Assembly (NCBI GenBank): GCA_030704615.1
Contig: CM060732.1
Coordinates: 50,592,001 to 50,656,000 of the forward strand
DNA: 64,000 nucleotides
Direction: 5' to 3'
Source: Takakia lepidozioides
Taxonomy: Eukaryota > Plantae > Bryophyta
Part shown: positions 1-12,374 of the stretch, one piece after another
How positions within the stretch are numbered: position 1 is the first letter of the stretch
Layout of the letters: each line of letters begins with the position of its first letter
Notes under the pieces: model-generated
Told to the model about the DNA's origin: nothing
Database searches by the model: none
Seen by the model: only the letters and a program-made list of their open reading frames with translations
Translations under genes and position numbers: made by a program

Positions 1-78
1 CTGTTTGCCGTAGCCGAGAGAGAGAGAGAGAGAGGGAGAGAGAAGAGAGGTTTTTTAATTCTATACACCATGAAACAG

Positions 79-2911
79 GCTGAAGAGTTTGAGCTCAAGG
101 CAAAGGAGATGGAATTGCAAGTACGGGTAGGAGCTGTTACAAGTGGACAGGCTGAAGGTCAAGGGATTACTGAGATAATGTGTGAGCACAAGGACATGGG
201 TGCTACTCATTTTGCTCATGGTCTTTGCCGCCCATGCTATGATGAGGTCTGTTTCTCTTCCTCTCCATGGGCCCCCGTTATACAATTTTGTGTTTATATC
301 ATCTGATGTACAGTGCACATGCGCAAGGCTGGTGATAGTCAAAGGCATACTTTTTTTTCAAGAGCAACTCATGCATACTGTATCGTTTTGAATGTGGAAG
401 TGGATACAAGGAGGTCGGAGCTAACCATCATTTCCTCATAGATAATGGAAATAGTCGCAAATAAAGAACCGGCGCCTGTGTCTCCTGTACAGTCTTGGAA
501 ACCACATTCACTCATGCATGTCTGTGCAATCATGTGGCTACAGTTCGTCACTGTTTCTGGAGGAATGCAAGGAGGGTCTGCCCCACCGTCGTTTCAGCGA
601 GCTGAGCAACAGCGTATCGAAGCTGTGAGGAAGGAGTCAGGGAACAAGGGCCTTCTCTTGGATGAAGAAGAAGAGAATTGGGAGGGAGAGATCAATGGGA
701 AGCGAGAAACTGATGCCTCTTGTGCTTCCAACCGTGGAGAAAGGCCAGCAGGAACAGGAAGGGGATGGTGTGAGGGTAGAGGTAGGGGGAGAGGGAGAGG
801 CAGAGGCAGGGGGAGGGGTAGAGCACGTGTTGATGAAGTAGATGGGGATCTTCATTCCAGGAAAGAGCTTGAAGATGGTAAAGGGCGCGGGTGTGAGAAA
901 GGGCAGGGGAGAGGCAGGGGACGTGGCAGGGGTAGATCTGCTGGTGATGGAGAAAATGACGATGAGATGGATGACCTGGCAATCGAACAAGGCTTCAATG
1001 GAAGACAGAATGAAAAAGGGAGGGGAAAGGGAAGAAGGGGAGGTAGGGGAAGGGGCCGACTTGTGAAGGATTGGAATGAAAAAGAGGCAGCTGTACCCAG
1101 CATTGATGAACAGGTATGTTTTCTTTGGTACTTCATGAAGTTGTAGTTCAGTCGGTCACTCCAGAGTAACTGCTTGTTTCTCCATGCCGAAGTACTTCCA
1201 TTATCTGCTTTGTAGGTCTGTATGTCTGTAATAAGGAGGTAGTGTTTGTTGCTGCTTAAAATAGCAGTGTGATGAACTGTAGTGCAGAGTTTTCATGGGG
1301 GTGTATTGCAGGCAGTTGGTTTGATTTCAGTTGATCCTCTGGCAAGCAACAATGCTGGCAAAGTATTTGGCCCTGCCCATGATCGAAGTGCTGTGACAAA
1401 AGAGCCTCGAACTCGGCTGAAGATTCAAGCAAGACAAACACGTAGAGGTGTGGCAGTCAGTCATAACGTAACACTCAGCACCAGCGAGGCTGAATGGTCT
1501 CTTACAAGGTCAGGTACGAATGGGAGATCCAGCAATGAAGCTCCAAAGGTGGATAGATTGAGTGAAGAAGAAACTGCAGTTGCTCAAAATGAAGAGGAGC
1601 AAGTGACTGTGGATTCTGTTAGTAGAGATTCGACACAGACCTCTCGAAGAGTGGAACAGAGACAATTGGATGGAAGTTTGGCACAGGGTAACATTACCAA
1701 ACAGGACGGTTGTGTGATGAATACTATCGAGAGACCTCATGAAAGTACAGAATTGGTGAGCCAGCAGACAGTCTTATCTGGTCAAAATGATGACTGTGTT
1801 GTGGAAGACATGGGAGGGGATGCCCAGCCCCAAAGTGAGAAGCCCCTAAGTGAGAAGGACAATCAACAGTCGTTTCCGACTTGTAGCAGAGATGATGACT
1901 GGCTGGACAATGATGCTGAGACGCTTTCCGATATTGATGACGATGAGGTCTCTCTCTCTCCCTCTCTGTCTCTGTCTGTCTGTCTGCAGAGAGGAAAGGG
2001 AGAGTGCAATTGCCCGTTGTGTGGGCAATCTGAAGACAGTATTCATTTTCTGATACACTGTCCGGGGTTCTCTCACCAAAGAGACGCTCTCTTCAAATCT
2101 ATTAAGGGAATTGTGCCTGTACCCCTGTTTACCAACTTTGAAAGTCTCGAGGCTGAGCCAAAAGCCCAGGCCCTCCTGAGGCCTAGTTTTTGGGCAAATC
2201 ACACACAGCAGATTGATGCTTGTGTGAAGGGATTTCCCGGATTAATTCTTTATATGGAGGTAAGTCTTACTACCAACGTCAGCCCCTGACAGAGGTAGGT
2301 TCTGTCCCTTTTGTTCCCGCTCAAACTGGGCGCGGGGTCAATGGCCACAAGGCTACGGCAAACAATGTCTTATGAGTACAATCTGTCTCTGTCTGTCTGT
2401 CTGTCTGTCTTCCTTGAATTTGGCTAAGTTTTTTGTAAAAACACTCAGTAGTTGCCTGGTCTATCTGGTTCTCTCTCTATCCTTGAATATGGCTAACTCC
2501 ACTCATGGTTCCTTTATCCTGTTGTGGTGTTGAGAATTTGCTTTTTGAGCTACTCCTACATCTCTGTTGGTAAGGCAAGGAGAAAGGTATGTCCATGAAG
2601 GCTCCTAGTGAACAAACATGACATTTGCTGGTGAACTAATCCATGATAACTTGTGCTAGTCCATGTAGCAGCAGCATATTGGAGTATATGGTACACCTTC
2701 TAAATGATCAGGTCAATGTACATTGCTCTCTTGGCTGGTCTACTGTAGCCAACGCCTTGTGTCTCTCTCTGTGTTTGTCTGTCTGTCTGACTCATGTGAA
2801 CCCTGGTGGGTGCGAACCCCACAGATGGCTCTGGGGCAGGGGTCAGTTTCCCTTGGGATCAATGGCCGTAAGGCTATGGCAAGCCAACTTTTGCAGGGAA
2901 TGGCATGAGTA

Positions 2912-2966
<55 letters not shown>

Positions 2967-5900
2967 CCTCTTCTGCCCTGCACACAACCCAGAGTGACAG
3001 GCAGAAGCCTTGTCTGCCTGCACACTCCCCAGGCATGTCATTTCTGTGGTAAATGCAGGGATGCAAAACTAGTTTCAAGAACCCTGCAACTGGGCTGTCG
3101 AGTTTGTATGCCTCTGAGCACCTTAATGGCAGTTTCAGGCAAATAAGTTTATACCTGCAGCTGAGTTGAAGGGATAAGCTAAATGCCGGTGGGTGCGAAC
3201 CCCACAAAAGGCTTCAGGAGTACTAGTTTGGTCGTAGGGCTATGGCAAAAAGGCTGGTTTTGCGGGGCATGTAACTTCTGCAGGCTAACCAAAGGAATCA
3301 AGTTCTTCAAGCTAATGGCATCCACATTTGTGCGGGGCAGTAGACATGGGAAATTAAGGAAGAAGTTGTTGGCTATAAGTTGTACGATACGATGTGTGCC
3401 CTCAAGACAGCTTCTGCAAAGCGTGGTAAGAAAGGAGTGGGGTGACGTGAGGGCTAAGGATCTCTTTGGGGGTTGTGTCTACATGCCTACAGTCTTAGTG
3501 TTGACGCTGATAAAGCCTGCGAGGAAGTAAATTTTGATTGTGCTAAGTTCCTCGCCAAAGGCCACGTGGTCTTATCAGGAGACTTTAATGCCCGGGTGGG
3601 CAAGAGTCTACAACAGGACGACGTCATTGGGCTGTTTGGCGAGGATGGGCTAATTCCAGTTGTTTCCTCAGTGTGCCAAGTGTTGGTTGTTAGAACCAAT
3701 ATTTAATTCCGGTTGTTTCCTCAGTGTGCCAAAATGTTGGTCGATAGAACCAATATTTTGTACTTCTGACCACTTTCTTGGCTGTACTGAGATCAGTAGT
3801 GCATTCTTACCACTAAGAGATCCGTGACATGTTCAATTGAAAGTGGTGCATAGGTGGGAAGAGGTCAAGATATAATCTGTCGAGGCCTTGACAGAGGCTC
3901 TCCCACCCTTTTTTCAATTGCTCCAATATCTCCCCTCTCATTTGGGTGATGCAAGAAACGAGATTGAAAGAGCTATGGGCTCTTGAGAGAGTTTTGTCAC
4001 GTCTGGGGAAAGATCATTGGAAGGAAACTAATTGTGTGCGGAAGAGTAGTGAAGTGGTGGACCAATGAGATTTGCCGAGAGTCGGGAGCTTTATAGGGAC
4101 TGCTATACTATCAAAGATAACAGAGAGCTGTGGTCTAGATATTATATACCTGCATCACAGATTGTCCTCATGCATACCTTTAACATGACAGGAAAGCTGA
4201 TGATATCTTAAGTGCACATCAACGTTGAAGGATGGACAGTTGACAAACCACCTACAGTGAACATCGATGGGAACGAATCGCACACTGGCGCAATAGTGGT
4301 TCCGGCTGGTCATGTACCTGTACTGCAATATTCCCTCACCATCCCACCTGACAGTCAAGCTGAGCATGTTTCTCCGACGTTGTAGCAGTCCCCACAGTGG
4401 TTTGTCAATTGTCCATCCTTCAAGGTTGATGTGCATGTAAGATATCATCAGGTAGTCCACCAGTCTGCGAAAAGATGTAAAACGGTGTACTTGTATTATT
4501 GTCTCACTTTCACCTGACCTAGTCTGTCTAATCTTTGGTCTTAAAGAAAGTACGATGCCCCAAATTAGTTAGCTGTCCTTTGATAACCTTTGTGGCACAT
4601 TTGTATATTTTTGTGCAGATGACAGCATACTTACACAATGATGAGGAAGTGCGACTCAAGACCATCATTTGGACTGAAATGAACAAGGAGTATTTGGAGG
4701 TAGTTTGTTGGTAGCCTTGCTTCCTCTTGTTTTTGGCATTGTGATGGTCCGTGTCAAAATCTTGTTTGTAGTTTCCAGACATTATGGTTGAGAAAGCTCC
4801 CTCGATAGCTGCTGGAAAGAATAATAACCAGAGAAATCTTCATAATTGATTGCATTTTATTTAGAAAAAAATAGTTTGTTAGTGAACTTTTTATTTTGCA
4901 CACTAGGGTGTTGCATGCAATTCTTAGAGTACAGACACTTCATCTTCCCTCCACCTTCCTGCTGCATGCAAGCCAGTGGAGTCTATTACTAGACATTACT
5001 TCTAGACGAAGAGAAAATCCATGTACAGTTACATTGAGCTTTCTTGCAAGGAAATTTTAGCAGAAAATGATTTGGAAATGCTGGTTGTAAAACAGGAGCA
5101 ACAAGCAAAGCAGGCAGCTATTGCTGCAAGTGAGGCAGCCAGGGTTGCTGCTTTTGCTGCAGCAGCTACCAACTCTGCTAGTGCGGCGGAGCTAGCCGCT
5201 GCCGCCGCAGCTGCAGTGGCGAAATTGAAGAAGGTGGGTATTGGGTTCTGTGGGTTAGCTTAAAGCAAAACCCTCTCAACATGTGTACGGGTTTGTTGCT
5301 GGGTCACGTACTCTTTGCCAGTCTCTATCTCATCTCCTTTTGCTTTCTGTTTGTCTCTCTCCCTTTCCCTTTTGTTCTGCCCAAACTGGGCGTGGGTTCT
5401 ATGGCCACAAGGCTACAGCCAACAATGTCTTTTGAGTTCATTCTCTCTCTGTCCTGTTTGGGCAAGGACATGGGTGAGGACCTTAAGGATGATCTTGAGG
5501 GCCTACCTACCCTTGGCACTAGATTGAAGTTTAAACTCAGGGCAGGAAACCTACCTTTGAACTATAAACAGATGCAGAGAGAACGAGGAGATTGTAACTG
5601 CCCAATGTGCGGGTAGCCTGAAGACGATATCCATTTTCTGATACACTGTCCAGGAGATCGACCCTTGTCAGGACGATCAAGAACATTGTCGCTGCACCTC
5701 TGTTCACCAACTCCAAAATCTTGAGGCTGAGCCTAAAGCCCTGGTCCTGTTGGGGTCTAATTGCTGGACAGCTCACACACAGCAAGTTGATGCTTGTGTG
5801 AAGGGATTTCTAGAGGATATCTGGAAAACCTGAACTATTTACCTCTATCAAGGTATGTCATACTACCGGAGTGAGCCCCTCACAAAGGTAGTTTCTGTTC

Positions 5901-7743
5901 TCTTTTGTTCCACCTAAACTGGGCGCGGGCGCTATGGCCACACTAGGCTACAGTGAACGTCATCTCATGAGTACATTCTCTGTCCTGTTTAGACCCTGGT
6001 GAGTGTAAACCCCAGAAAAGGCTCCAGGAGGGTTAGTTTCCCGCGGGGTCGATGGCTGTAAGGCAGTGGCAAGCCATCACTGGCAGGGAATGGCATTATG
6101 ACACTGGCAGCCACATGTCACATGTGTAGGCCAAATTGGGGCTAGTGCAGTAGTGCTGGAATGAACATTCTCTTTTCTAGCATGCTGTCTACATAACCTT
6201 TTACATCAGAATCCCTGTGACTAGTCTGTCATTACTTGTGTGCGAACTGCAAATGGTATGGTGAGTTTCCATCCACTGGTGAGTTGAAAACCCACAACTT
6301 GTATGGAGGGTTGGTTCATTGGGCACATACCCACTGGTAATGTTCTCATCAAGTTTCCTTCTTTACAAGCATCGAAAAGATTGTCACTCCACATCTTTGC
6401 TCAACTCAAGAAGCTTGAGGCCAAAAGCTGTGGCAAATTTTGCAACAGGTTGACTCTATGGTAAATTGCTTTCCTACAAAAAACCAAAATACGATTGGTT
6501 TGGAATTTGAAGTCCACACTGGCAGGAACCATTCTGATCGCCTCCTGCTTGCCTCACCCCTCCCCTTCTACTTTCTGCTCTGTCGAAAGTGGGAGCAAAG
6601 TTTATGACCACCGCGTCATGGAAAGCATGCTTTGATCAGTGCACCCCTCCGATTCAATTTTTGTGCTGAGGAAATGTTTCGTTTGTGCAGGATCGTAAGC
6701 AGAGGAGAGTGGATGAGGCAAAAAGACCTCCTGCAGAGAGTGCAGCAGATGCTACTCGTCAAATGCTAGCAAGCAAGGTAATTTTTTTGTTCTTTAGTTG
6801 TAATGGTGCTGTTGCCAATTTTTGACTTATGATCGTCATTCCAGGACATTTCAAAGTTCACTTTCTTTTGAGTGCCCTAAACCATTGTAGGGTATGTCGG
6901 ATGGCTGTGCAGAAGCTCAGCTCCAAAGTAAACTACAGTGTATTAGCAAAGCTGTTTGATGGCGAGGTATGTTCTTCGTCATACCTTCACATTCTCAAAC
7001 TACTGTTTCCTTCCCAATCCACTCTGAGAAGTCTAAACTGTAATATGGATGGTTATAATCATGTCTTCAGCAAATAGAGCTCTGTTGAGTACAGCCAAAG
7101 GCGCATCTGATGAGCTCACAGAGTCTATCTATCAAAACTTTCAGGAAGATGTTGAGAAGCAATATCTGGATAAGGCTTCAACCGAGGAGGATGAGGATGA
7201 GCATATTCTTGCCAATGATCTTAACACAAAACGAAAGCGAACAGTGAACTTTACGGAGGAGGATTCTATCAACCATTCGTCAATAACGCAGGTCTGTGCT
7301 ATTTTCTCAATTCTGTTTTAAATCAAATACCCTCCTTTTGCTTAGCGGGGATGTATTGTAGCCAATATGTACGGGAAGTGTCAGTGAGTACATTTATTGC
7401 TCATGCTCTTTAAGAACCTGCATCAGAGAGAGCCTCTCTGCAACTGCAGATTGACCTTTGAACGATTGTATTTACTGTGATGGTTGAAACATGACTGCAG
7501 GCTGTGAGTACTGGAGGTAATGCTTCAGACTACCACGTCAGTAAGGACAGTGGCCAAAGTTATGCTAAAGAGGCTGCAAAGGCAGAGGGAGAGGAAAAGG
7601 ACACATTTGATATGGAGGAGGAAGGTGAAGAGGAAGAAGTTGATGAGTATGAAGGCATTCATGACGAGAGTGGGATGGAGGGCATGCCTATCTTTGGGCT
7701 GCAGGACATGGATGCTGAAGAGGAGTACTACGAAGAGTATTGA
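79..7743 (+). CDS. BRF1: Transcription factor IIIB subunit Brf1, 3' part (5' exons lie outside the window). Exons: 79-246, 544-1113, 1312-1947, 4619-4699, 5096-5233, 6691-6777, 6913-6966, 7145-7291, 7501-7743
   Basis: Hand-spliced GT-AG exons are all phase 0 and give 707 aa in one frame. Plant Brf motif CEHKD..FAHGLCRPCYDE|FVTVSGGMQGGSAPPSFQRAE is present. The TBP-binding domain reads ETLSDIDDDE|MTAYLHNDEEVRLKTIIWTEMNKEYLE|EQQAK, followed by KLSSKVNYSVLAKLF and an acidic tail. Confidence 0.92.
1986..2380 (+). mobile_element. 5'-truncated non-LTR retrotransposon (LINE) 3' end in a BRF1 intron
   Basis: Encodes a C-terminal zinc knuckle, CPLCGQSEDSIHFLIHC. This is followed by a 3' tail with the hairpin TGGCC-ACAA-GGCTA and TGAGTACA, and is flanked on both sides by (TC)n/(TCTG)n. 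Related copies lie at 5365-5980 and about 52340-52410 (-). Confidence 0.75.
2790..3260 (+). mobile_element. Two short 3'-end fragments of a related LINE subfamily around a (TC)n microsatellite (2913-2963)
   Basis: The tail GGTGGGTGCGAACCCCACA...ATGGCCGTAAGGCTATGGCAAGCCAAC...GAGTACA recurs at 2798-2912, 3183-3250, 5993-6100 and, reverse-complemented, at 43875-44060. Confidence 0.65.
3440..4150 (+). mobile_element. Degenerate LINE ORF2 fragment (AP endonuclease region and the downstream linker)
   Basis: Translation gives KGHVVLSGDFNARVG (APE motif GDFNA). Further on, KIIGRKLIVCGRVVKWWTNEI resembles the post-endonuclease linker. The region is frameshifted. Confidence 0.65.
5365..6100 (+). mobile_element. 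Cluster of LINE 3'-end fragments in a BRF1 intron
   Basis: Contains GTRLKFKLRAG...CNCPMCG..EDDIHFLIHC plus three copies of the conserved hairpin tail (near 5401, 5934 and 6052). Confidence 0.7.
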
Positions 7744-9555
7744 TATCCATTTGCATGTCCTCCTGTGACCAGAAGATTGACTTGAGCCAGAGTCGGGGAG
7801 CTTCAATCACCTTGTAGACCCCTTGCACTTGCCCTGCAGGTGGATTGACAGCTGTTAATTCTTTGACAGGACATTTTTGTTCCCCAATTCTCTTTGGGGA
7901 CCTGGATTCCCCTTGGTGTCCAACTTGGCAGAGTGGTGCCAGGAAGCTCCATCAACAAGGCCACAGTGGCTAACCACTGGGCTTACTGTTGGAGGCTTCT
8001 CCCTGCAAATATAACAGACATGCAACACAACAGAATGTACTCATAAGACGTCCTGAATGACAACAGAGACTGAAAATATGAGAAGCTGACAGGGATGCAC
8101 AGAAGTAATTGAATCTCTGAAACAGGTGTAGCTGGCAGAAAAGGTGGAAAGTTTCTGTATGCATGCGCTACAATCAAGGTCATTCTATACCATGCACTGT
8201 CTTTGTACCGTCTTGGTGATGTTCTCCTCAGGGACCAAGTATGCATGGTTCCAAACTGGGAGACATCATGTGACAGGAAAGGTGTGCAACTTAATTTCCC
8301 CTAGGCATGGAGGTGTTGAAGGGATGTTTCGTATCATTTGGGAAGAACAGAGTGTAGCTTCCAACCCTCAGTTTATATGTGATTGTCCCTCAATATAGCC
8401 AATCCATGCATAGCAGAGGTCACAAGGTCGGCCAGCCACCACATGGGTATTTTTCAGCTATTTTTTGGCTATCAACACTTCGGGACCTTGACACCTCACA
8501 AGTGGGGCTCTGCACACAATGCACTCAGCACTATTGGGCTAGTATGACTCACATAAATGCAGTTGGTCCAACTCGTCACTCATGCCTCAAACATCATGTC
8601 ATAATAATGAACTCATTCCGTTCAGCTCTCAACCATCAAGTTATAGAGCCAGATACTATTGTGTACCTGGAGTTTTTCTAGCACAGCACTCACCAGTGCA
8701 GACGGGCAGACCCTTTCTATCCTGTCATGAAGCTTTGTAGACATAGCACGATGCTGCACATATTATTGAAAAGGCGCTGATCACAGGCCCCTTGAGAACT
8801 TTAGGTCCTCTTAAATCTTTCAGAATTTCAATTTTCAGATAGGCTAAGCAAAGATGACATCTGAAGAACACATTTGGTAGTGAACTGCAAACCTGCTGAG
8901 AATCAACAGCATGATGTCTGCATCTTCCAGTGTCAAATCATGACCATCTTAGCACCCATTACTTCATTGCAGGAAATATAAGTTCAGAGCAAGGGAATAG
9001 TGAGAACAAAGGACCTCGGTCCACCAGGGAAGCTTCAACTAATGCAGGCTGAATTCCAACAGTTGCCAACCTCAATACAATACGACCCAGAGGGTAAGAT
9101 AAGGTGCTTCTGATATACTTCAAGACTTTTCAAAGCTTGACGATTATACATTAGAATGAATGAGAGGTGATGCCCTAAGATATTGATGCTCAAAGATCAT
9201 AAGCATACTGACAGTTAAGGGAAGGTACTGTGTGGACTAGTTCTTCTCTATCCAATGAATGCTTCGGTAAGGGCTGTCACAGACAACCATCATGGGGACA
9301 TCCTTGTGACTGTCCCTGACAAAGAGTGCTGCACAACTCCATCAAGTCCAAATCTGCCCTTGCACCCACTTTGGTGGTATGCTAGGAATGTACACATACG
9401 GAAAAACATGAACATTGTACAAACTGCCATTCCATACTGAACATGTGAAAATGGCACATCTTAAAGCTTCTGGAAGGGAAACAATTGCCTTCATGCAAGA
9501 CATGCACGTTTGCCTCCACTCGAACTCCTGATTGAGATAGCAGAGGGCACGATGA

Positions 9556-11118
9556 CTATTGCAGGAAGTACCCGGAGAGAAAGAGGGCGAAAAAGAAGGC
9601 GAGGGTGCCATAAATGAGAATGCTCTTCTGCCCTGAGGTCAAAGAGTTCCCACCCAAACCATATTGCTGGTTCTGTGCAAATCCAGCTACCTCCACACTT
9701 TTGTTGCTGAAATAGCTTTTTGCAGCACCACATGTAGGACACCGCCAGTCATCAGGAAGCTGCTGGAAACTAGTACCAGCTGCTACTGGGTATAACATGT
9801 CTCCCAAAGCCTCATCATAAATATGCCCACATGAGCGACACTCATTCTTCCCAGTGTTTAGCACCGCAAACCGTTCCTCCAATCCTGCAGGTCCAATCCT
9901 TCCCTCTTGTTACTCGATCTGCCAGTGTGCTGAAAGCTTTGCGTCAACCACTGGTCATAACTCAGCATCAACCATATCAAAACACTTCAAAGGAGTTCTG
10001 AATATCCCTACAATCCATCACTGAAGTTCATTTACAGCAAGGTCCTCCACTCTAAGATCCATCTTCAGCTCGTCAGATCGCTTCATGTAATATGAAGAGT
10101 GAAGAGGTTTCATATTACCCGGACCACAAGTAGCACATGTCAATACCATGCTATGGTGCAGGAGGCGACTCATGGCATTACTGCTGCAAATGGAGAGAAA
10201 GCCTACATTGTTATACTATCAGCTCAAAAACCTGCAAACCTCTGTGATGAAAGGCTAGACAGGGAGAAATTGCTCGTGCTAGAATTTGCATGTTACAGAA
10301 AAGCATGAACCAAGGAGACGATCCATTACTTTTAGTAGAATGACCCGACTCTGTTTGAGTAACAATTTTGCGCTTTGGCGATGAATGTTGCCAACTTTTC
10401 TAAGAACTCGGGCAACTTCAAATCTCGAGAATTCCAATTGAGGATTTTTAGTCTGTGTTCCAAAACCCGGCAAGCACTCCCTCCCTTGTACTATACTTTG
10501 CTTCGCTATGCAACTCCTCCATTTTCACATGTAATCTGATTGAACGTCTTCTTCTGTCCACTTCATAAATAAACTACACAGCCAAAAAACCTAGGAATGC
10601 AGGGGGCAGAAAAGGGAACAGATATGAGGGGAGGACAATGGATCAGACACAGGGTGGGGGGGACGGAATTGGAGCCATGATGTGCAAACTTGTATACAGT
10701 TTGTGCGGCGTGGGAATGCGGTCCAATGATCTGCAATGCACTCTCACCGACAAGGACTTGAGATATGAATGCATCTGTGCGCTGTAGGCAGATAAAGTAG
10801 AAGGCGTTAAACGACCTGCATTTGAACATGGAAGGCGAGAAAGGAGTGCACACAAAACTACTCGCACAAGAAGTTCGACAGATCAGGAGAAGACCCACCC
10901 TTTCGAGGATTGAGAATAAGGTCATCGTTTGGTAGTTGGCTATTGACGTGATCTTGCTCACTATCCACATCCACTGACATGCACCGAGGGGCACGCACCA
11001 CAAACCGCACCTGCTTTCTTCGCAGACCAAAACTGCCCAATGAAGCTCCTCCTCCTCCTCTTGCTGTCGATTTCCATCCGTGCCTGCCGAGTGGCAACGA
11101 AGGCAGCGTGAGGGCCAT
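9556..11118 (-). CDS. RBD1: Chloroplast membrane-anchored rubredoxin (RBD1/RubA type). Proposed exons 11118-10899 and 9884-9556, 182 aa
   Basis: Has two CxxC motifs (CRSC, CPTC), FAQNQQYGLGGN and a C-terminal transmembrane helix ending FLSGYFLQ. The upstream exon encodes a transit-peptide-like sequence ending RCMSVDV. A phase-1 donor G|GTGGGT matches a phase-1 acceptor CAG|GA. The splice model is inferred. Confidence 0.8.
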
Positions 11119-11396
11119 GGTCGCTCTCCACCTTCACCTTCAGTGCAGCAATCCAAGCCAAGGAAGAAGACAACCTGCAAAAGATGTGGATCAGGAATGG
11201 ATACACGTATTCCTTCCTTATCCACGTGTATCCATGCGCTCACTCGAAACTGGCTTGCTCTGCGACGTGTTTCAATCCCCATCCTTCCCCTTGAAAGAAA
11301 GAAGAGAAAAGAAAAAGACAAAGCTTTGAATATGACATTGCCATGTCTGTAGTCTGTACGGCAAGAGAGAGTTTCTGGGGGAGAAACTAGGTAGCG

Positions 11397-12374
11397 ATGG
11401 CGAGCAAGGAATTGGTGGGGGATGATGGAGAAGCAGCTGCTTCCAGCTTTGCAGAGGAGGGCATTGTGGGTGGGAAAACAAGTGTTGGATGGATCGGATT
11501 GGGAGTGATGGGTCTGGCGATGTGCAGACGAATTCAAGCTGCAGGTTTCCACGTTACCGTGTACAATCGCACTGCGAGCAAGGCGGAGGGCTTGGCTAAG
11601 GAGGGAGCAGTGGTGGTGGGATCGCCCAAGCTGGTGGCGGAGCGAAGTGATGTTGTGTTCACCATGCTGGGTGGTCCAGCAGATGTGCAGCAGGTTATTC
11701 TTGGGGACGGCGGGGTTCTTGAGGGGTTGAAGCCGGGTGGGATTCTAGTTGACACAACGAGCAGTGATCCTGCGCTTGCTCGGGAGATTTATGCCGTTGC
11801 TAGAGCAGTGGATTGCGAGGCCGTTGATGCCCCTGTGTCTGGAGGAGACATCGGAGCGCAGAATGGCAAGCTGGCGATCATGGCTGGTGGTCGAGAAGAG
11901 ATAGTGGCCGGGCTGCGGCCTCTGTTCGAATGCATGGGCAACTGCATATATATGGGGCCTGCAGGAACTGGGCAAAGCTGCAAGTTAGCCAATCAAATCA
12001 CCATCTCTGCAAACATGCTGGGCTTGGCAGAGGGCATGCTGTACGCGCAGAAGTCGGGTCTCGATGTTGCTACATACTTGAAAGCCGTGGCAGGGGGAGC
12101 AGCAGGGTCGAAGGCAATGGAGATCTTCGGAGCACGAATTTTGAACCGAGACTTTGCTCCCGGTGGATTTATTGACTACCTCATCAAGGATCTGGGGATT
12201 GCACTCCGTGAATGTCAAAGAATGGGCGTTGATCTTCCTGGAGCTGCACTGGCACATCGATTGTATGTCTCATTGAATGCTCAGGGGGATGGGACCCTTG
12301 GCTCTCATGCCCTCATACTGGCCCTTGAGCGGCTGGGGAATATCAGTGCCTCCGCAAACCCCCCCTCCTCTTGA
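11397..12374 (+). CDS. 3-hydroxyisobutyrate dehydrogenase-like / 6PGD-family beta-hydroxyacid dehydrogenase, intronless, 325 aa
   Basis: Rossmann motif VGWIGLGVMG, substrate motif DAPVSGGD, catalytic Lys in GQSCKLANQ, and FAPGG..DYLIKDL. Confidence 0.93.
   Translation: MASKELVGDDGEAAASSFAEEGIVGGKTSVGWIGLGVMGLAMCRRIQAAGFHVTVYNRTASKAEGLAKEGAVVVGSPKLVAERSDVVFTMLGGPADVQQVILGDGGVLEGLKPGGILVDTTSSDPALAREIYAVARAVDCEAVDAPVSGGDIGAQNGKLAIMAGGREEIVAGLRPLFECMGNCIYMGPAGTGQSCKLANQITISANMLGLAEGMLYAQKSGLDVATYLKAVAGGAAGSKAMEIFGARILNRDFAPGGFIDYLIKDLGIALRECQRMGVDLPGAALAHRLYVSLNAQGDGTLGSHALILALERLGNISASANPPSS

Noticed and set aside
1948-2289. Brf1 fused to a zinc knuckle (ORF 1282-2289 reads through)
   Set aside because: The conserved Brf1 motif continues only after splicing at 1947 to 4619. 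The read-through part is an intronic microsatellite plus LINE sequence.
10563-11552. 329-aa minus-strand ORF
   Set aside because: No recognisable domain. It overlaps the dehydrogenase antisense and the rubredoxin exon 1 in another frame.
9556-12374. Functional gene cluster or operon-like system (rubredoxin, dehydrogenase, murF)
   Set aside because: The known functions are unrelated, and proximity is explained by a compact genome.
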